DNA of 64,000 nucleotides from Setoptus koraiensis (Eukaryota; Animalia; Arthropoda): NCBI GenBank assembly GCA_048013815.1, contig CM106585.1, positions 5,890,001 to 5,954,000 of the forward strand, read 5' to 3'. Shown piece by piece: positions 63,043 to 64,000 of this stretch (position 1 is its first letter; each line of letters starts with the position of its first letter). The notes under the pieces were generated by a model. It saw only the letters and a program-made list of their open reading frames with translations, ran no database searches and was not told where the DNA came from. The position numbers and the translations under genes were made by a program.

Positions 63043-63949
63043 ACAGTTATACTGCAATAAGTCACTTCAATGGTCACGTGACGCCCGCTCGATATTATGT
63101 AATATAATTGCGGTGAAGCCATTCCTTGGTCACTCGCATGCACTCGCTGCTTAAGGCACGCAGTTCCGTTATGTGGCCGCTTAGACAACTGGCCACATAA
63201 CGGAACTGCACGACGTTATAACGGCCATTAATAACCTCGCCACAACAACAATTATACAAGTAATTGAGTAATGGAGCGCGATAAATTGACAACAGTTGGC
63301 CATTGTTGTTCGAGGCTTGCAGTGGCCGCTGCCGGGGCCCCATTTACATTTGTGCAAGTTGTTGGCCGGAATTGGTTCAATCGGCACTTGTCGTCGATTT
63401 TGCTTTTGTCATGCCACTGTGACCATTAATCGTTTGCCTCTTCGCAGCAACTCATTCGCACATTTATCTCCACCGGCCACGTGCTTTGTCTTTTGCTCGA
63501 ACAACGAAAGCCGCCAGCGCCACGAACGAGCCACCCGAACAAATACATAATCTAATATAAAATATATACCTGGCAACTATGACCGGCGTATCATCAGTGC
63601 GCCAAATTCGGCGAAAATGATGAAAATGAGATGAAAATTTGGCCGATTTGTGGCGAAATTTGAATTGAACACACTTCTGTAAAGCGCGTTCGTCTGGATG
63701 TCATCGCGAGGGCGAGCCTAGCACCGGAAGTCGGATATCCGCAGTCGATTGTTGGCACTTGCAATATTAATTTAATAGTTTTATTGTTACTAAATGTCAT
63801 ACTATTACTCGCTGTTGAATAGCTGCATAAATGGCAGACAACTAATGTTTCAACAATTTTAATTTCAACAACAATTGAATTGGCGCACAACCAAAACAAC
63901 AATCGAATTGGCGCACAACCAACGCAACAATTTTCCACGCATGTCGCAG

Positions 63950-64000
63950 ATTTAGGCAGGGAGCCCCCGACGGAATTCAGGCCAATCACGTCGTCGGTGT
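63950..64000 (+). CDS. Dscam: Probable start of the Dscam Ig8 C-terminal exon, cut by the window edge
   Basis: Acceptor CGCAG at 63945-63949 (alternative in-frame TTTAG 6 nt later). The phase-1 reading DLGREPPTEFRPITSSV resembles the (D/E)-F/Y-R-x-I-x-S-S segment that follows the Ig8 Trp in Dscams. Confidence 0.6.

Overview
Eukaryotic (arthropod, probably mite/chelicerate; inferred from Dscam style and compact intronless neighbours) genomic DNA. Left end: an intronless sosondowah-like ankyrin gene (+, 1713-2690) whose CDS overlaps by 32 bp, tail to tail, with a short Nup58-like gene lacking FG repeats (-, 2659-3201). Most of the window is one large + strand Dscam-family gene: a putative signal-peptide exon at 4221-4488, then ten phase-1 GT-AG exons encoding Ig2 to part of Ig8, running off the right end. 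No Ig1 exon was found, and Ig3, Ig4 and Ig7 carry long low-complexity insertions. The main discovery lies in the 14.9-kb Dscam intron between Ig4 and Ig5 (43722-58662). It holds a same-strand tandem array of 13 single-exon genes for small (52-86 aa) secreted peptides with Cys-free, mostly acidic and Pro-rich mature regions. All have an AATAAA, most have a TATA box, and 11 are clear paralogs with conserved promoters and signal peptides but highly variable mature peptides. Nearly all share a P-[ST]-hydrophobic-x-x-x-hydrophobic-F motif and most contain Asp-Tyr dipeptides. Chimeric units and conversion tracts point to active recombination. The function (for example salivary effector or host-peptide mimic) is inferred, not shown. 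The remaining introns are GC-rich, full of minisatellites, and enriched in GGGCCC and TTACGTAA.
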